Assembly (NCBI GenBank): GCA_050248795.1
Contig: JBFWRS010000011.1
Location: 14,889-78,888 of the forward strand
Direction of reading: 5' to 3'
DNA from: Burkholderiales bacterium
GTDB taxonomy: Bacteria; Pseudomonadota; Gammaproteobacteria; Burkholderiales; SG8-39
DNA: 64,000 nt
The position numbers and the translations under genes are program-made. The notes under the pieces were generated by a model. It searched no databases and had not been told where the DNA came from. It saw only the letters and a program-made list of their open reading frames with translations. Positions 12,068 through 21,410 of the stretch are shown piece after piece. Each line of letters opens with the position of its first letter. The stretch's first letter is position 1.

Positions 12068-13045
12068 ATGCTCGCGTACATCCTCAGGCGCTGCATGTAC
12101 GCCATTCCGGTGCTGGTCGGCGTGAACCTGCTGACCTTCGGCCTGTTCTTCTTCGTCAACACGCCGGACGACATGGCGCGCATGCAACTTGGCGCCAAGC
12201 GTGTCACGCCGGAGGCCATAGCGAAGTGGAAGGCCGAGCGCGGCTACGACAGGCCGATGATGTGGAACGCCGACGCTCGGGGCCTGGACAAGCTCACGCA
12301 GACGGTGTTCTTCCAGAAATCGGTGCGCCTGTTCGTGTTCGATTTCGGCGCCGCGGAAGACAAGCGCGACATCGGCAACGAGATCCGCACGCGCATGTGG
12401 CCGAGCCTGGCGCTGGCGCTGCCCATCTTCCTCGTCGGCATGGCAGTCAACATCAGCTTCGCGCTGGCGATGGCATTTTTCCGCGCCACTTACCTGGATT
12501 TCTGGGGAGTGGTCCTTTGCGTGGCGATGATGTCCATCAGCACGCTCTTCTACATCATTGGCGGGCAGTACCTCGCATCCAAGCTCTGGCACCTGGTGCC
12601 GATTTCCGGCTACCACGGCGGCCTCGATGCGGTGAAGTTCCTCATCCTTCCGGTGCTCATCGGCGTCATCTCGGGCGTCGGCTCCGGCAGCCGCTGGTAT
12701 CGCACGATCTTCCTCGAGGAAATGTCCAAGGACTACGTGCGCACGGCGCGGGCAAAGGGCTTGGCCGAGGGCGCCGTGATGTTCCGCCATGTGCTGCAGA
12801 ACGCGATGATCCCCATCCTCACCGGCGCGGTAGTGGTTATCCCGCTGCTGTTCATGGGCAGCCTGATCACGGAATCCTTCTTCGGCATCCCCGGGCTTGG
12901 CAGCTACACCATAGACGCCATCCAGGCGCAGGACTTCGCGGTCGTGCGCGCAATGGTGTTCATCGGCTCGGTGCTCTACATCGCCGGCCTGCTGCTGACC
13001 GACATCTCGTACACGCTGGTCGACCCGAGGATCCGCTTCCAGTGA
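12068..13045 (+). CDS. ABC transporter permease (DppB/YejB-like)
   Basis: Starts MLAYILRRCMYAIPVLVGVNLLTF, a typical BPD-transporter N-terminus, and contains the EAA-loop region YVRTARAKGL. The ATG at 12068 lies just after the SBP stop. The track start at 12035 is probably too early. Confidence 0.85.
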   Translation: MLAYILRRCMYAIPVLVGVNLLTFGLFFFVNTPDDMARMQLGAKRVTPEAIAKWKAERGYDRPMMWNADARGLDKLTQTVFFQKSVRLFVFDFGAAEDKRDIGNEIRTRMWPSLALALPIFLVGMAVNISFALAMAFFRATYLDFWGVVLCVAMMSISTLFYIIGGQYLASKLWHLVPISGYHGGLDAVKFLILPVLIGVISGVGSGSRWYRTIFLEEMSKDYVRTARAKGLAEGAVMFRHVLQNAMIPILTGAVVVIPLLFMGSLITESFFGIPGLGSYTIDAIQAQDFAVVRAMVFIGSVLYIAGLLLTDISYTLVDPRIRFQ

Positions 13046-13047
13046 CG

Positions 13048-14442
13048 ATGCCGTTCCTCCCCGTGCTGTTGTGGACGGATGTGCTGTTGTGGCTGCTGGT
13101 CGCCGCAGTAGCGGGCTACGCGCGCCATTGCAGCCGCCGTCCGCATCTGGCAGCGCCCTGGGCGAGGGTGTTCCGTACCAGGGCCGCGATGGTTTCCGGC
13201 GTAGTGCTTGCGTGCTTTCTGGCCGCGGGACTGGCAGACTCGCTACATTTCCGGCCGACGCTCGAGGCGAGAGGGCAGAACGCGCCCGCGGCACATTCCG
13301 GCGAAGTGCTCTCGGTGCTCGACCTGGCGTTCACTCACCTGCGGGTCCGCACCGAGAAGACCTATTCTGCCCCCCTCGCCACCAGGCTGCACCAGAGGGA
13401 AACGGTGGAACTACCGGACGGCAGGCAGGTACGCGAATACCCGCGTTTGCGCCACGGCGGCGCACACCTGGCCGACGAGGCAGGCGCGCCGCTGGACATG
13501 CTGCTGCGTGCGATGGTTGGCCTCGCAGTTGGGCTCCTGGCCTGGATCGTCATCGGCTACGGCGCCATGCGGCCGTTGCGACGACGCCTGCCTGACGTGC
13601 CCTGGGGGGCGGCCTGGGGAACGCTGGGCGCAATCCTTGCCCTTGCCGGTCCGATGCTCGCGCTGTCGCAGGCCTACCACGTGTTCGGCACCGACAAGGT
13701 GGGCCAGGACGTGATGCTGCAGGCGCTCAAGTCGATACGCACCAGCCTGGTCATCGGCACGCTGACCACGCTCGTGCTGCTGCCATTGGGCGTGCTGCTC
13801 GGCATCGCCGCGGGCTACTTCAAGGGCTGGGTGGACGACGTGATCCAGTACGTCTACACGACCCTCAACTCGATTCCCGGCGTGCTGCTGATCGCAGCTG
13901 CGGTATTGATGATGCAGGTGTACATCGACTCTCACCCGGAGCTCTTTCCCACCGCTGCACATCGCGCGGACCTGCGCCTGCTGCTCCTGTGCATGATCCT
14001 CGGTCTCACCAGCTGGACCGGTCTGGCTCGATTGCTGCGCGGCGAGTCACTGAAGCTCGCTGAACTCGAGTACATCCAGGCGGCGCACGCATTCGGGGTG
14101 CCGCACAGCCGCGTCATCGCGCGGCACATCCTCCCCAACGTGTCGCACATCGTGATCATCGCGCTGGTGATGGACTTCTCCGGACTGGTGCTCGCCGAAG
14201 CCGTGCTGTCCTACGTCGGTGTCGGTGTCGACCCGTCGACGACGAGCTTCGGCACCATGATCAACAGCGCCCGCCTGGAGATGTCGCGGGATCCGATCGT
14301 GTGGTGGTCGCTTGCTGCGGCGTTCACGTTCATGTTCACGCTGGTACTCGCGGCAAACCTGTTCGCTGACGCCGTGCGGGACGGCTTCGACCCGCGCGTG
14401 CGGATGGCCGCGCGCACGCTGTCCGCGCCGGGGGCGCGATGA
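13048..14442 (+). CDS. ABC transporter permease (DppC/YejE-like) with an N-terminal extension of about 200 aa
   Basis: In-frame ATG at 13048, right after the upstream stop. The C-terminal 250 aa are permease-like (..LRGESLKLAELEYIQAAHAFGV..). Track ORF 12226..14442 fuses an out-of-gene 5' stretch onto it. Confidence 0.8.
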   Translation: MPFLPVLLWTDVLLWLLVAAVAGYARHCSRRPHLAAPWARVFRTRAAMVSGVVLACFLAAGLADSLHFRPTLEARGQNAPAAHSGEVLSVLDLAFTHLRVRTEKTYSAPLATRLHQRETVELPDGRQVREYPRLRHGGAHLADEAGAPLDMLLRAMVGLAVGLLAWIVIGYGAMRPLRRRLPDVPWGAAWGTLGAILALAGPMLALSQAYHVFGTDKVGQDVMLQALKSIRTSLVIGTLTTLVLLPLGVLLGIAAGYFKGWVDDVIQYVYTTLNSIPGVLLIAAAVLMMQVYIDSHPELFPTAAHRADLRLLLLCMILGLTSWTGLARLLRGESLKLAELEYIQAAHAFGVPHSRVIARHILPNVSHIVIIALVMDFSGLVLAEAVLSYVGVGVDPSTTSFGTMINSARLEMSRDPIVWWSLAAAFTFMFTLVLAANLFADAVRDGFDPRVRMAARTLSAPGAR

Positions 14443-16451
14443 GCGAGACGATCCTTTCCGTCGAGGGCCTGCGTACCCACATCGATACGCCGCACGGCAC
14501 GCTGCGCGCGGTCGATGCCATGGACCTGGCCCTCCGGAAGGGCGAGTGCTTCGCACTGGTCGGGGAATCGGGGTGCGGGAAATCGATCGCGGCGCTGTCG
14601 CTGCTGCGGCTCCTTCCAGACGCGGCGCACATCGCTGGCGGCCGCGCATTGCTGGACGGACAGGACGTCTTCGCCTTGCCGGAGGCGGCGATGCGTGCAG
14701 TGCGGGGTAGGCGGGTGGCGATGATATTCCAGGAACCCTCGACCTCGTTGAACCCGGTGCTGACCATCGGCAGGCAGATCCTGGAGGTGATCGAGCGGCA
14801 CACCGCGCTGCGCGGGGACCCGGCACGTACCCGCGCGCTGGAACTGCTTGCCGCCGTCGGCATCCCGGACGGCCGCCAGCGCATGGACGACTATTCCTTC
14901 CAGCTTTCGGGTGGACTCAGGCAGCGTGTGATGATTGCAGGTGCGCTGGCAGCCGATCCCGAGGTGCTGATCGCCGACGAACCCACGACCGCGCTCGATG
15001 TCACCATTCAGGCACAGATTCTCGACCTGCTGAAGAAACTGCAGGCTGAGCGAGGCATGGCGATCCTGCTCATCACGCACGACCTGGGCGTCGTGGCGCA
15101 GATGGCAGACCGGGTAGGCGTGGCCTACGCGGGTGAAATCGTCGAGCTTGCCGACCGTGCATCCTTCTTCGCAGCGCCGCAGCATCCATACGCACAGAGG
15201 CTGTTCTCCGCACTGCCTGCGGCGCGGAAGCGCTCCGGCAGCCTCGAAGTCATCGACGGACAGGTGCCCCCGCTCACCACGCGATTCTCCGGCTGCCGCT
15301 TCGCGGATCGCTGCAAGCAGGCTTTTGCGCGCTGCAGGGATGAAGTGCCGCGAATGGTGGCGCTGCATGGCGGCCGCCATCTGGTTCGCTGTCACCTGCG
15401 CGAGGATGGCGCCGCCGCGCCGCCGCGCGGAGCCCACGCCCCGGTCGGCGCCGATTCGTCGACGTCCGGGCAAGGCGAGGTATTGCTCGAGGTGCGTGAC
15501 CTGAAGGTGCATTTCCCGATCCGGCGCGGCGTTTTCAAGCGGGTGATCGGAGCGGTCAAGGCCGTGGACGGACTGTCCCTGTCCATACGCGAAGGGCGCA
15601 CGCTGGCGCTGGTGGGAGAGTCCGGGTGCGGCAAGACCACGGTAGGGAAGGCGATCCTGCAGCTGGTACGGCCCAGCGCCGGGTCGGTACGTCATCGCGG
15701 CGTGGAACTGGGCACCCTGTCGCGCAATGCGCTGCATCCCTATCGTGCACGCATGCAGATCATCTTCCAGGACCCCTATGCCTCGCTCAACCCGCGCATG
15801 CGTATCATCGAGGCACTCGCAGAAGGCATGCAGGCGCTCGGGGTGGGTTCGTCTGCGAGAGATCGCGAGAAGCGGGTCGACGAGCTGCTGGAGCAGGTGG
15901 GACTGCCCACCGACGCCAAGTATCGCTACCCGCACGAATTCTCAGGCGGCCAGCGTCAGCGTATCGCCATTGCCCGGGCCCTTGCCGTCGAGCCGCAGCT
16001 GATCGTCTGTGACGAGCCGACGAGCGCGCTGGATGTTTCGGTACAGGCGCAGGTACTGAATCTGCTCAAGTCGCTGCAGAGACGGCTTGGCCTGGCGTAC
16101 CTTTTCATCACGCACAATATCTCGGTCGTCGAGTACCTCGCGGACGAAGTCGCGGTGATGTACCTGGGGCGTATTGTCGAGCGCGGCGGCGTCGATGAGG
16201 TGTTGCGTTCGCCCAGGCATCCCTATACCGAGGCGCTGCTCTCCGCGGTCCCGACGCTGGACGGTGCGCGGCATGCCATCGCGCTGGCTGGCGACCTGCC
16301 GTCTGCGGCGAATCCGCCCTCCGGATGCCACTTTCACCCGCGCTGCCCCAAGGCGCGGCCGGGTTGCGTCGCAGCTTATCCGCGCGAGGTCCGCCTCAGT
16401 GGGACGAGGAGCGTGAGTTGCGTGCTCTATCAGGAGCCCGGCGAGGGCTGA
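14439..16451 (+). CDS. ABC transporter ATP-binding protein, duplicated ATPase (YejF/DppDF-fusion type)
   Basis: 670 aa with two Walker A motifs (GESGCGKS twice), two signature motifs (LSGGLRQR and FSGGQRQR) and oligopeptide-type C-terminal regions. Its ATG overlaps the permease stop (ATGA). Confidence 0.92.
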   Translation: MSETILSVEGLRTHIDTPHGTLRAVDAMDLALRKGECFALVGESGCGKSIAALSLLRLLPDAAHIAGGRALLDGQDVFALPEAAMRAVRGRRVAMIFQEPSTSLNPVLTIGRQILEVIERHTALRGDPARTRALELLAAVGIPDGRQRMDDYSFQLSGGLRQRVMIAGALAADPEVLIADEPTTALDVTIQAQILDLLKKLQAERGMAILLITHDLGVVAQMADRVGVAYAGEIVELADRASFFAAPQHPYAQRLFSALPAARKRSGSLEVIDGQVPPLTTRFSGCRFADRCKQAFARCRDEVPRMVALHGGRHLVRCHLREDGAAAPPRGAHAPVGADSSTSGQGEVLLEVRDLKVHFPIRRGVFKRVIGAVKAVDGLSLSIREGRTLALVGESGCGKTTVGKAILQLVRPSAGSVRHRGVELGTLSRNALHPYRARMQIIFQDPYASLNPRMRIIEALAEGMQALGVGSSARDREKRVDELLEQVGLPTDAKYRYPHEFSGGQRQRIAIARALAVEPQLIVCDEPTSALDVSVQAQVLNLLKSLQRRLGLAYLFITHNISVVEYLADEVAVMYLGRIVERGGVDEVLRSPRHPYTEALLSAVPTLDGARHAIALAGDLPSAANPPSGCHFHPRCPKARPGCVAAYPREVRLSGTRSVSCVLYQEPGEG

Positions 16452-17050
16452 GCCGCCATCGGCGGCAGGGGGGCAGCAGGATCGGGACGCGGACGCTCGT
16501 TCAGCGCCGCGAGAAACAGCTGGTTCAGGTCCATCGGCACCGGCAGCAGGCCCTTCTCGAGCACGCCGCGCAGGAGTTCCACCTCGCTGTCGGGAATTCC
16601 GGCGATCTCCTGGCTGAACTCCTCGGCGAGCATTTCCTTCTCCCGAGACGCAAGCTGGGACAAGCGCAGCTGAGCGGCACGCACCGCCAGCGCCTTGTGC
16701 GCGAAATGCTCGATCAACTGGCCGCGGATTGCCGCGTTGCGGGGATTCAGGAGGGCCTTGTTGAAGGAGGTAAAGATCTCCTCGCGCTGCTCCTCGGACA
16801 GGTAGAGGAAGCTGTCGTCGATCAGGCGGCGCACGATCTTCGGCTCCACCGTGGTGCCGGGATACGTCTTGCCGAGATCCGGCATCGGCGCAGGCTCAGG
16901 GGGGGCGTTCATTGATTCCAAGATCTGGCGCTCGATGACGTTCCTGGCGAAGCCAAGCAGGAACATCAGGATCGGGTCGGCGGCGCGCGCCGGCAGCGCG
17001 AACGCGAGCAGCAATACGAAAAGCAGTCCCCCTCTGCAGAGCCGGCGCAT
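16430..17050 (-). CDS. Hypothetical secreted protein
   Basis: 206 aa with the signal peptide MRRLCRGGLLFVLLLAFALPARA|ADP, codon usage like its neighbours, and a proline-rich C-terminus. I recognise no family. Confidence 0.55.
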   Translation of the reverse strand: MRRLCRGGLLFVLLLAFALPARAADPILMFLLGFARNVIERQILESMNAPPEPAPMPDLGKTYPGTTVEPKIVRRLIDDSFLYLSEEQREEIFTSFNKALLNPRNAAIRGQLIEHFAHKALAVRAAQLRLSQLASREKEMLAEEFSQEIAGIPDSEVELLRGVLEKGLLPVPMDLNQLFLAALNERPRPDPAAPLPPMAAQPSPGS

Positions 17051-17096
17051 GGCGGCATTCTAGACATGCGCATGGGGTTCTGGTTGCCGCAGCGCA

Positions 17097-17160
17097 ACTT
17101 AAAGTTATTTATAGCTTTAAGTGATTTAAGTACCATATTGATTGTAAACGGTATTTACAA
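17097..17160. promoter_or_regulatory. AT-rich palindrome cluster between mltD (3' end) and the 206-aa secreted-protein gene (5' end)
   Basis: ACTTAAAG-N10-CTTTAAGT at 17097-17122. A third half-site TTTAAGT at 17125-17131. TTGTAAA-CGGTA-TTTACAA at 17142-17160. This is the only strongly AT-rich stretch I saw in the window. Confidence 0.35.
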
Positions 17161-17162
17161 AT

Positions 17163-18656
17163 CTATCTTCTCGTCCGTTTGGGTGTGCGCCCCTTGCCCT
17201 TGGGCATGGCACGCCCGACGCCGGCCGGCCCAATCGCCAGCCTCTGCCCTGGCATCAGCCGGCCGACCTTGTTCCAGCGCCGCAGGTCGTCCACGCCGAC
17301 GCCGTAGCGGCGAGCAATGCCCCACAGGGTGTCTCCCGGCTTGACGGTATGGACGCGCCCGCGCACAGGCAGGGGAGGCGCGTACATGATGGGCAGGCTG
17401 ACCGCGCTCGCCGCCGCGCCGTTCAGCGGCACTACGAGCAGGCCGGGCGTGCGCCGGTCGCGCGCGCCGATGCCATTGACTTCGCGCAACCGGGCCAGCG
17501 GCAGGCCGAACTTCTTCGCGATGCCGTCGAGTCGTTCGCCTCGTTTTGGCCGGTAGGCCTGCCAGGATACGAGCGCCTTCTCGTCGTGCTTCTGCAGGTT
17601 GGCGTGGAACACGTCCACCTTGTCTGCCGGCAGCACGATGCGCGGGTTGACTGCGACCGGAATCAGCGGGCGATTGAAACCCGGGTTCAGCGCGACGAAT
17701 TCCTCGACCGGCATCTCGGCGAGTTTGGCCGCGAGCTGCAGGTCGATGTCGCGGGTCTTGGTGATCGTCGCGAAGTAGGGCTGGTTGGGAATCGGGTCGA
17801 TCCGGAGTCCGAGCGCAGCGGGGCTCGACACTATGTTCTTGAGCGCCTGCAGCTTGGGTACGTACTGCCTGGTTTCCGCCGGCATCGTGAGGCTGAGGTA
17901 ATCGGTCGGCAGCCCGGCGGCCTTGTTCTTCTCCACTGCACGCGCCACTGCGTTCTCGCCCCAGTTGTAGGACGCGAGCGCGAGGTGCCAGTCGCCGTGC
18001 ATCTCGTAGATGTCCTGCAGATAGTCGAGCGCCGCGCTGGTCGAGGCGACGATGTCCCGGCGCGCGTCGTACCACCAGTTCTGCGCAAGTTCGTAGCGCC
18101 TCCCGGTGCCGGGAATGAACTGCCATAGGCCCGACGCATGTGCGCGCGAATATGCCATCGGGTTGAATGAACTCTCGACCAGCGGCAGCAGCGCGATCTC
18201 GGTCGGCATGTTGCGCCGTTCGAGTTCCTCGACGATATGGTAGAGGTAGCGCCTGCCGCGATCGAAGGTGCGCATCAGGTACTCCGGCCGCGCCGTGTAC
18301 CACGCGACCTTCTCCGCAACCAGCGGCCCGTCCAGGTCCGGCATGCTGAAGCCGTCGCGGATGCGCTGCCAGAGATCGTCCGGCGGCGTCGTGCGGTCAA
18401 TCTTCGCGACGCCGCGCAGCGGCTCGCGCAGCACCTCGTGCCGGCCATCGAAGGGGGGAAGCCGGGTGGCGTCCAGCGCAGGCTCGGCGCGTGCAGTGGT
18501 GGCTGCCGACGGCTCGGCGAATCCGAACTGCGTGGACGAACCGGCTTCGCTGCCGTCTGCCGTGGTTCCGGGAACGCCTCCGGTTGGCTGCAAGGCGCAG
18601 GCACCGAGCAGCGCAATGGCTGTCAGCAACGCACCGGTCTTCGCCAGCTTCCGCAT
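17163..18656 (-). CDS. mltD: Membrane-bound lytic murein transglycosylase D (SLT domain plus LysM repeats), lipoprotein
   Basis: Starts MRKLAKTGALLTAIALLGAC (lipobox). SLT motif ESSFNP..SGLWQFIPGTG. C-terminal LysM repeat HTVKPGDTLWGIARRYGV. The start is taken at the internal ATG 18656, not the track start 18746. Confidence 0.88.
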   Translation of the reverse strand: MRKLAKTGALLTAIALLGACALQPTGGVPGTTADGSEAGSSTQFGFAEPSAATTARAEPALDATRLPPFDGRHEVLREPLRGVAKIDRTTPPDDLWQRIRDGFSMPDLDGPLVAEKVAWYTARPEYLMRTFDRGRRYLYHIVEELERRNMPTEIALLPLVESSFNPMAYSRAHASGLWQFIPGTGRRYELAQNWWYDARRDIVASTSAALDYLQDIYEMHGDWHLALASYNWGENAVARAVEKNKAAGLPTDYLSLTMPAETRQYVPKLQALKNIVSSPAALGLRIDPIPNQPYFATITKTRDIDLQLAAKLAEMPVEEFVALNPGFNRPLIPVAVNPRIVLPADKVDVFHANLQKHDEKALVSWQAYRPKRGERLDGIAKKFGLPLARLREVNGIGARDRRTPGLLVVPLNGAAASAVSLPIMYAPPLPVRGRVHTVKPGDTLWGIARRYGVGVDDLRRWNKVGRLMPGQRLAIGPAGVGRAMPKGKGRTPKRTRR

Positions 18657-18727
18657 CTGCCGCTCGGGCTCCCGCCAAACGTTGCGCGAGTCTACTCTTC
18701 CCGCGACCAGCTGTTCCCGATCGGGCA

Positions 18728-19492
18728 CTAGCCGCGGTTCTTCCACTCGCGGATCGCGGCGAATACCTTTACCGGGTCGCTGACGCGGGAGCCGAGGTAC
18801 TTGTTCACCGACTCGACGACCGCCGGTTCCGTCGACCTGAGGAAGGGGTTGGTCGCGCGCTCCTCGCCAAGCGTCGAGGGCAGCGTCGGCTTGCCCTGCG
18901 CACGCAGAGCCTTCGCGCTTCGTTCTCGCTCCGCCAGCAGCGCATTCTCGGGCTCGACCGCGCGCGCGAACGCGATGTTCGCGACGGTGTACTCGTGGCC
19001 GCAGTACACGCGCGTTGCATCCGGGAGCGCCGCCAGCCTGGACAGCGAATCGAGCATCTGCGCCGCAGTGCCTTCGAACAGGCGGCCGCAGCCGCAGGCG
19101 AAGAGCGTGTCGCCGCAGAAAAGTGATTCCGCGCCATAATAGGCAATGTGCGCTCGCGTATGCCCCGGAATGTCGATCACGTCGAAGCGGGCGTCGAGCT
19201 CCGGGATGCTCACGCTGTCACCGCCTCCCACGGGCCGCGTAAGCGTCGGGATCGGCTCGTTCTTCGGCCCGTATACGGGGACCTTGAACGCGTTGAGCAG
19301 TTCAGGGATGCCGCCAACGTGGTCCGGATGATGGTGGGTCGCAAGGATCGCAGCCAGGACGAGCTTCTCCTTCGCCAGGTATTCCAGCACCGGGGCGGCT
19401 TCGCCCGGGTCCACCACCGCAGCATGCGTCGCGTTGCGCAGCGTCCAGACATAGTTGTCCTGCAGGGCACGTAGCGGCACGACTTCGAACAT
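18728..19492 (-). CDS. gloB: Hydroxyacylglutathione hydrolase (glyoxalase II)
   Basis: [38 protein letters not shown]. This is a metallo-beta-lactamase fold of GloB type. The start is taken at the internal ATG 19492. Confidence 0.9.
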   Translation of the reverse strand: MFEVVPLRALQDNYVWTLRNATHAAVVDPGEAAPVLEYLAKEKLVLAAILATHHHPDHVGGIPELLNAFKVPVYGPKNEPIPTLTRPVGGGDSVSIPELDARFDVIDIPGHTRAHIAYYGAESLFCGDTLFACGCGRLFEGTAAQMLDSLSRLAALPDATRVYCGHEYTVANIAFARAVEPENALLAERERSAKALRAQGKPTLPSTLGEERATNPFLRSTEPAVVESVNKYLGSRVSDPVKVFAAIREWKNRG

Positions 19493-20285
19493 GGATCGCA
19501 ACTCCTTCATCGCTGACAGTGCGCACAAGTATAACGGCGGGCGCACGCCATTCACGCAGTGGCTCACTACCGAGGCCGGGCGCTACGTGCTCGATTGGGA
19601 GCTCGCGCAGTTCGACGCCGCGGTCGAGGACGTGTTCGGATACAGGGCGGTGCAGCTCGGCCTGCCGGCCGTGGACTGCCTGCGCCAGAACCGCATCGCA
19701 TTCCGCTTCACTACCGCGATCGAGCATGGCGGCGCGGTCACAGCGGACCCTCTGCAGTTGCCGTTTTCCTCCAACAGCCTCGACCTGGTGGTGATGCCGC
19801 ACGTGCTCGAGTCGCACACCGAGCCGCACCATGTGCTGCGCGAGGTTGAAAGGGTGCTGGTGCCCGAAGGCCAGGTGGTCATTTCGGGTTTCAACACGCT
19901 CTCGCTGTGGGGGCTCAGGCAGCTGTTCGCAGGGCGACACGCCGGCGCACCGTGGGATGGCAAGTTCATCGGCCTGCTGCGCCTGAAGGACTGGCTGAAG
20001 CTGCTCGGCTTCGAGTTGAACGGCGGCGTGTTCGGCTGCTACGCACCGCCGTTCGCGAGCCGCAAATGGCTGCAGCGCTGCGCATTCATGGAGAAAGCAG
20101 GGGCGCGCTGGTGGCCGATCATGGGCGGGACCTACGTGGTGCGGGCGGTGAAGCGCGTTCACGGCATGCGCATCGTCACGCCGGCATGGCGCATCGAGCG
20201 CGCGCGGCGCAGGGGGCTCGCGCCGGTACCGCAGCGCAACGGCCACGCCATGCGCGGCACCACGGAGCAGCGGCGCGATGGCTGA
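19491..20285 (+). CDS. Class I SAM-dependent methyltransferase (YafS-like)
   Basis: Located between gloB and rnhA, as yafS is in E. coli. Contains the motif [32 protein letters not shown] at 19491; an alternative TTG at 19455 would overlap gloB. Confidence 0.75.
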   Translation: MDRNSFIADSAHKYNGGRTPFTQWLTTEAGRYVLDWELAQFDAAVEDVFGYRAVQLGLPAVDCLRQNRIAFRFTTAIEHGGAVTADPLQLPFSSNSLDLVVMPHVLESHTEPHHVLREVERVLVPEGQVVISGFNTLSLWGLRQLFAGRHAGAPWDGKFIGLLRLKDWLKLLGFELNGGVFGCYAPPFASRKWLQRCAFMEKAGARWWPIMGGTYVVRAVKRVHGMRIVTPAWRIERARRRGLAPVPQRNGHAMRGTTEQRRDG

Positions 20286-20712
20286 GGCCGTGGTGGAGCT
20301 GTTCACCGACGGTGCGTGCAAGGGCAATCCCGGGCCGGGCGGCTGGGGCGTGCTGATCCGCACCGCATCGGGCGAGCGCGAGCTGTGCGGCGGCGAAGCG
20401 CTGACGACCAACAACCGCATGGAACTGCTAGCGGTGATCCAGGGGCTCGGCGCACTCGAGCCAGGCTCGCATGTGCACGTCTATACAGACTCCCAGTACG
20501 TGCAGAAGGGCATCTCGGAGTGGATACACAGCTGGAAGCGGCGCGGCTGGAAGACCGCAGACAAGAAGCCGGTCAAGAACGTCGACCTGTGGAAGAAGCT
20601 GGATGCGGCGGCCGCAGCCCACCGCATCGACTGGCGCTGGGTGCGCGGGCACAACGGGCATCCTGAAAACGAGCGCGCCGACGCGCTCGCCAACCGCGGC
20701 ATACCGGCATGA
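20278..20712 (+). CDS. rnhA: Ribonuclease HI
   Basis: 144 aa: [50 protein letters not shown]...NE.AD. Canonical RNase H. Confidence 0.95.
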   Translation: MAEAVVELFTDGACKGNPGPGGWGVLIRTASGERELCGGEALTTNNRMELLAVIQGLGALEPGSHVHVYTDSQYVQKGISEWIHSWKRRGWKTADKKPVKNVDLWKKLDAAAAAHRIDWRWVRGHNGHPENERADALANRGIPA

Positions 20713-21410
20713 GCGCCCGCCAGATCGTGCTCGACACCGAGACCACCGGATTGAACGCGCGGCTGGGCGATCGCGTCGTCGAGATCGGCTGCATCGAGCT
20801 GCTCAATCGCCGCGTGACCGACCGGCATTTCCACCGATATCTGAACCCGGAGCGTGACATCGAGGAGGGCGCTGCCAAGGTTCACGGCCTGACGCGCGAG
20901 TTCCTCGCCGACAAGCCGCTGTTCAGGGACGTGGCGGGCGAGTTCCTCGACCATGTGCGCGGCGCCGAGCTGCTGATCCACAACGCGCCGTTCGACGTCG
21001 AGTTCCTTGACATGGAACTCGCGCAGGCGGGCCTGGGCAGCCTCACGGATCACGTCGCCGGGATTGTCGACACGCTGGCGATGGCGCGAGAGCTGCGACC
21101 GGGGAAGCGCAATTCGCTGGACGCGCTATGCGAACACTACGCGGTCAGCAACGCACACCGCACGCTGCATGGCGCGCTGCTGGACGCCGAACTGCTCGCC
21201 GAGGTGTACCTCGCCATGACCCGGGGGCAGGAGAGCCTGGTGATCGACCTCGACTCGCCCGGCACCGCGGCCGAGGCGGCGCGCATAGACACGTCGGGTC
21301 TGGTGGTGCTCGGGGCAACGCCGGACGAACTCGCGGCACATGAGCAGGTGCTGGACCGGCTCGACAGGCAGGCGAAGGCGGGAAGCCTGTGGCGTAAAAT
21401 CGCCCCATGA
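20709..21410 (+). CDS. dnaQ: DNA polymerase III subunit epsilon (3'-5' proofreading exonuclease)
   Basis: 233 aa: [11 protein letters not shown] (Exo I), [10 protein letters not shown] (Exo II), [14 protein letters not shown] (Exo III). Its ATG overlaps the rnhA stop. Confidence 0.95.
   Translation: MSARQIVLDTETTGLNARLGDRVVEIGCIELLNRRVTDRHFHRYLNPERDIEEGAAKVHGLTREFLADKPLFRDVAGEFLDHVRGAELLIHNAPFDVEFLDMELAQAGLGSLTDHVAGIVDTLAMARELRPGKRNSLDALCEHYAVSNAHRTLHGALLDAELLAEVYLAMTRGQESLVIDLDSPGTAAEAARIDTSGLVVLGATPDELAAHEQVLDRLDRQAKAGSLWRKIAP

Noticed and set aside
12226-13047. 5' part of the 738-aa ORF 12226..14442
   Set aside because: This stretch overlaps the first permease in another frame. The real second permease starts at ATG 13048, just after the upstream stop.
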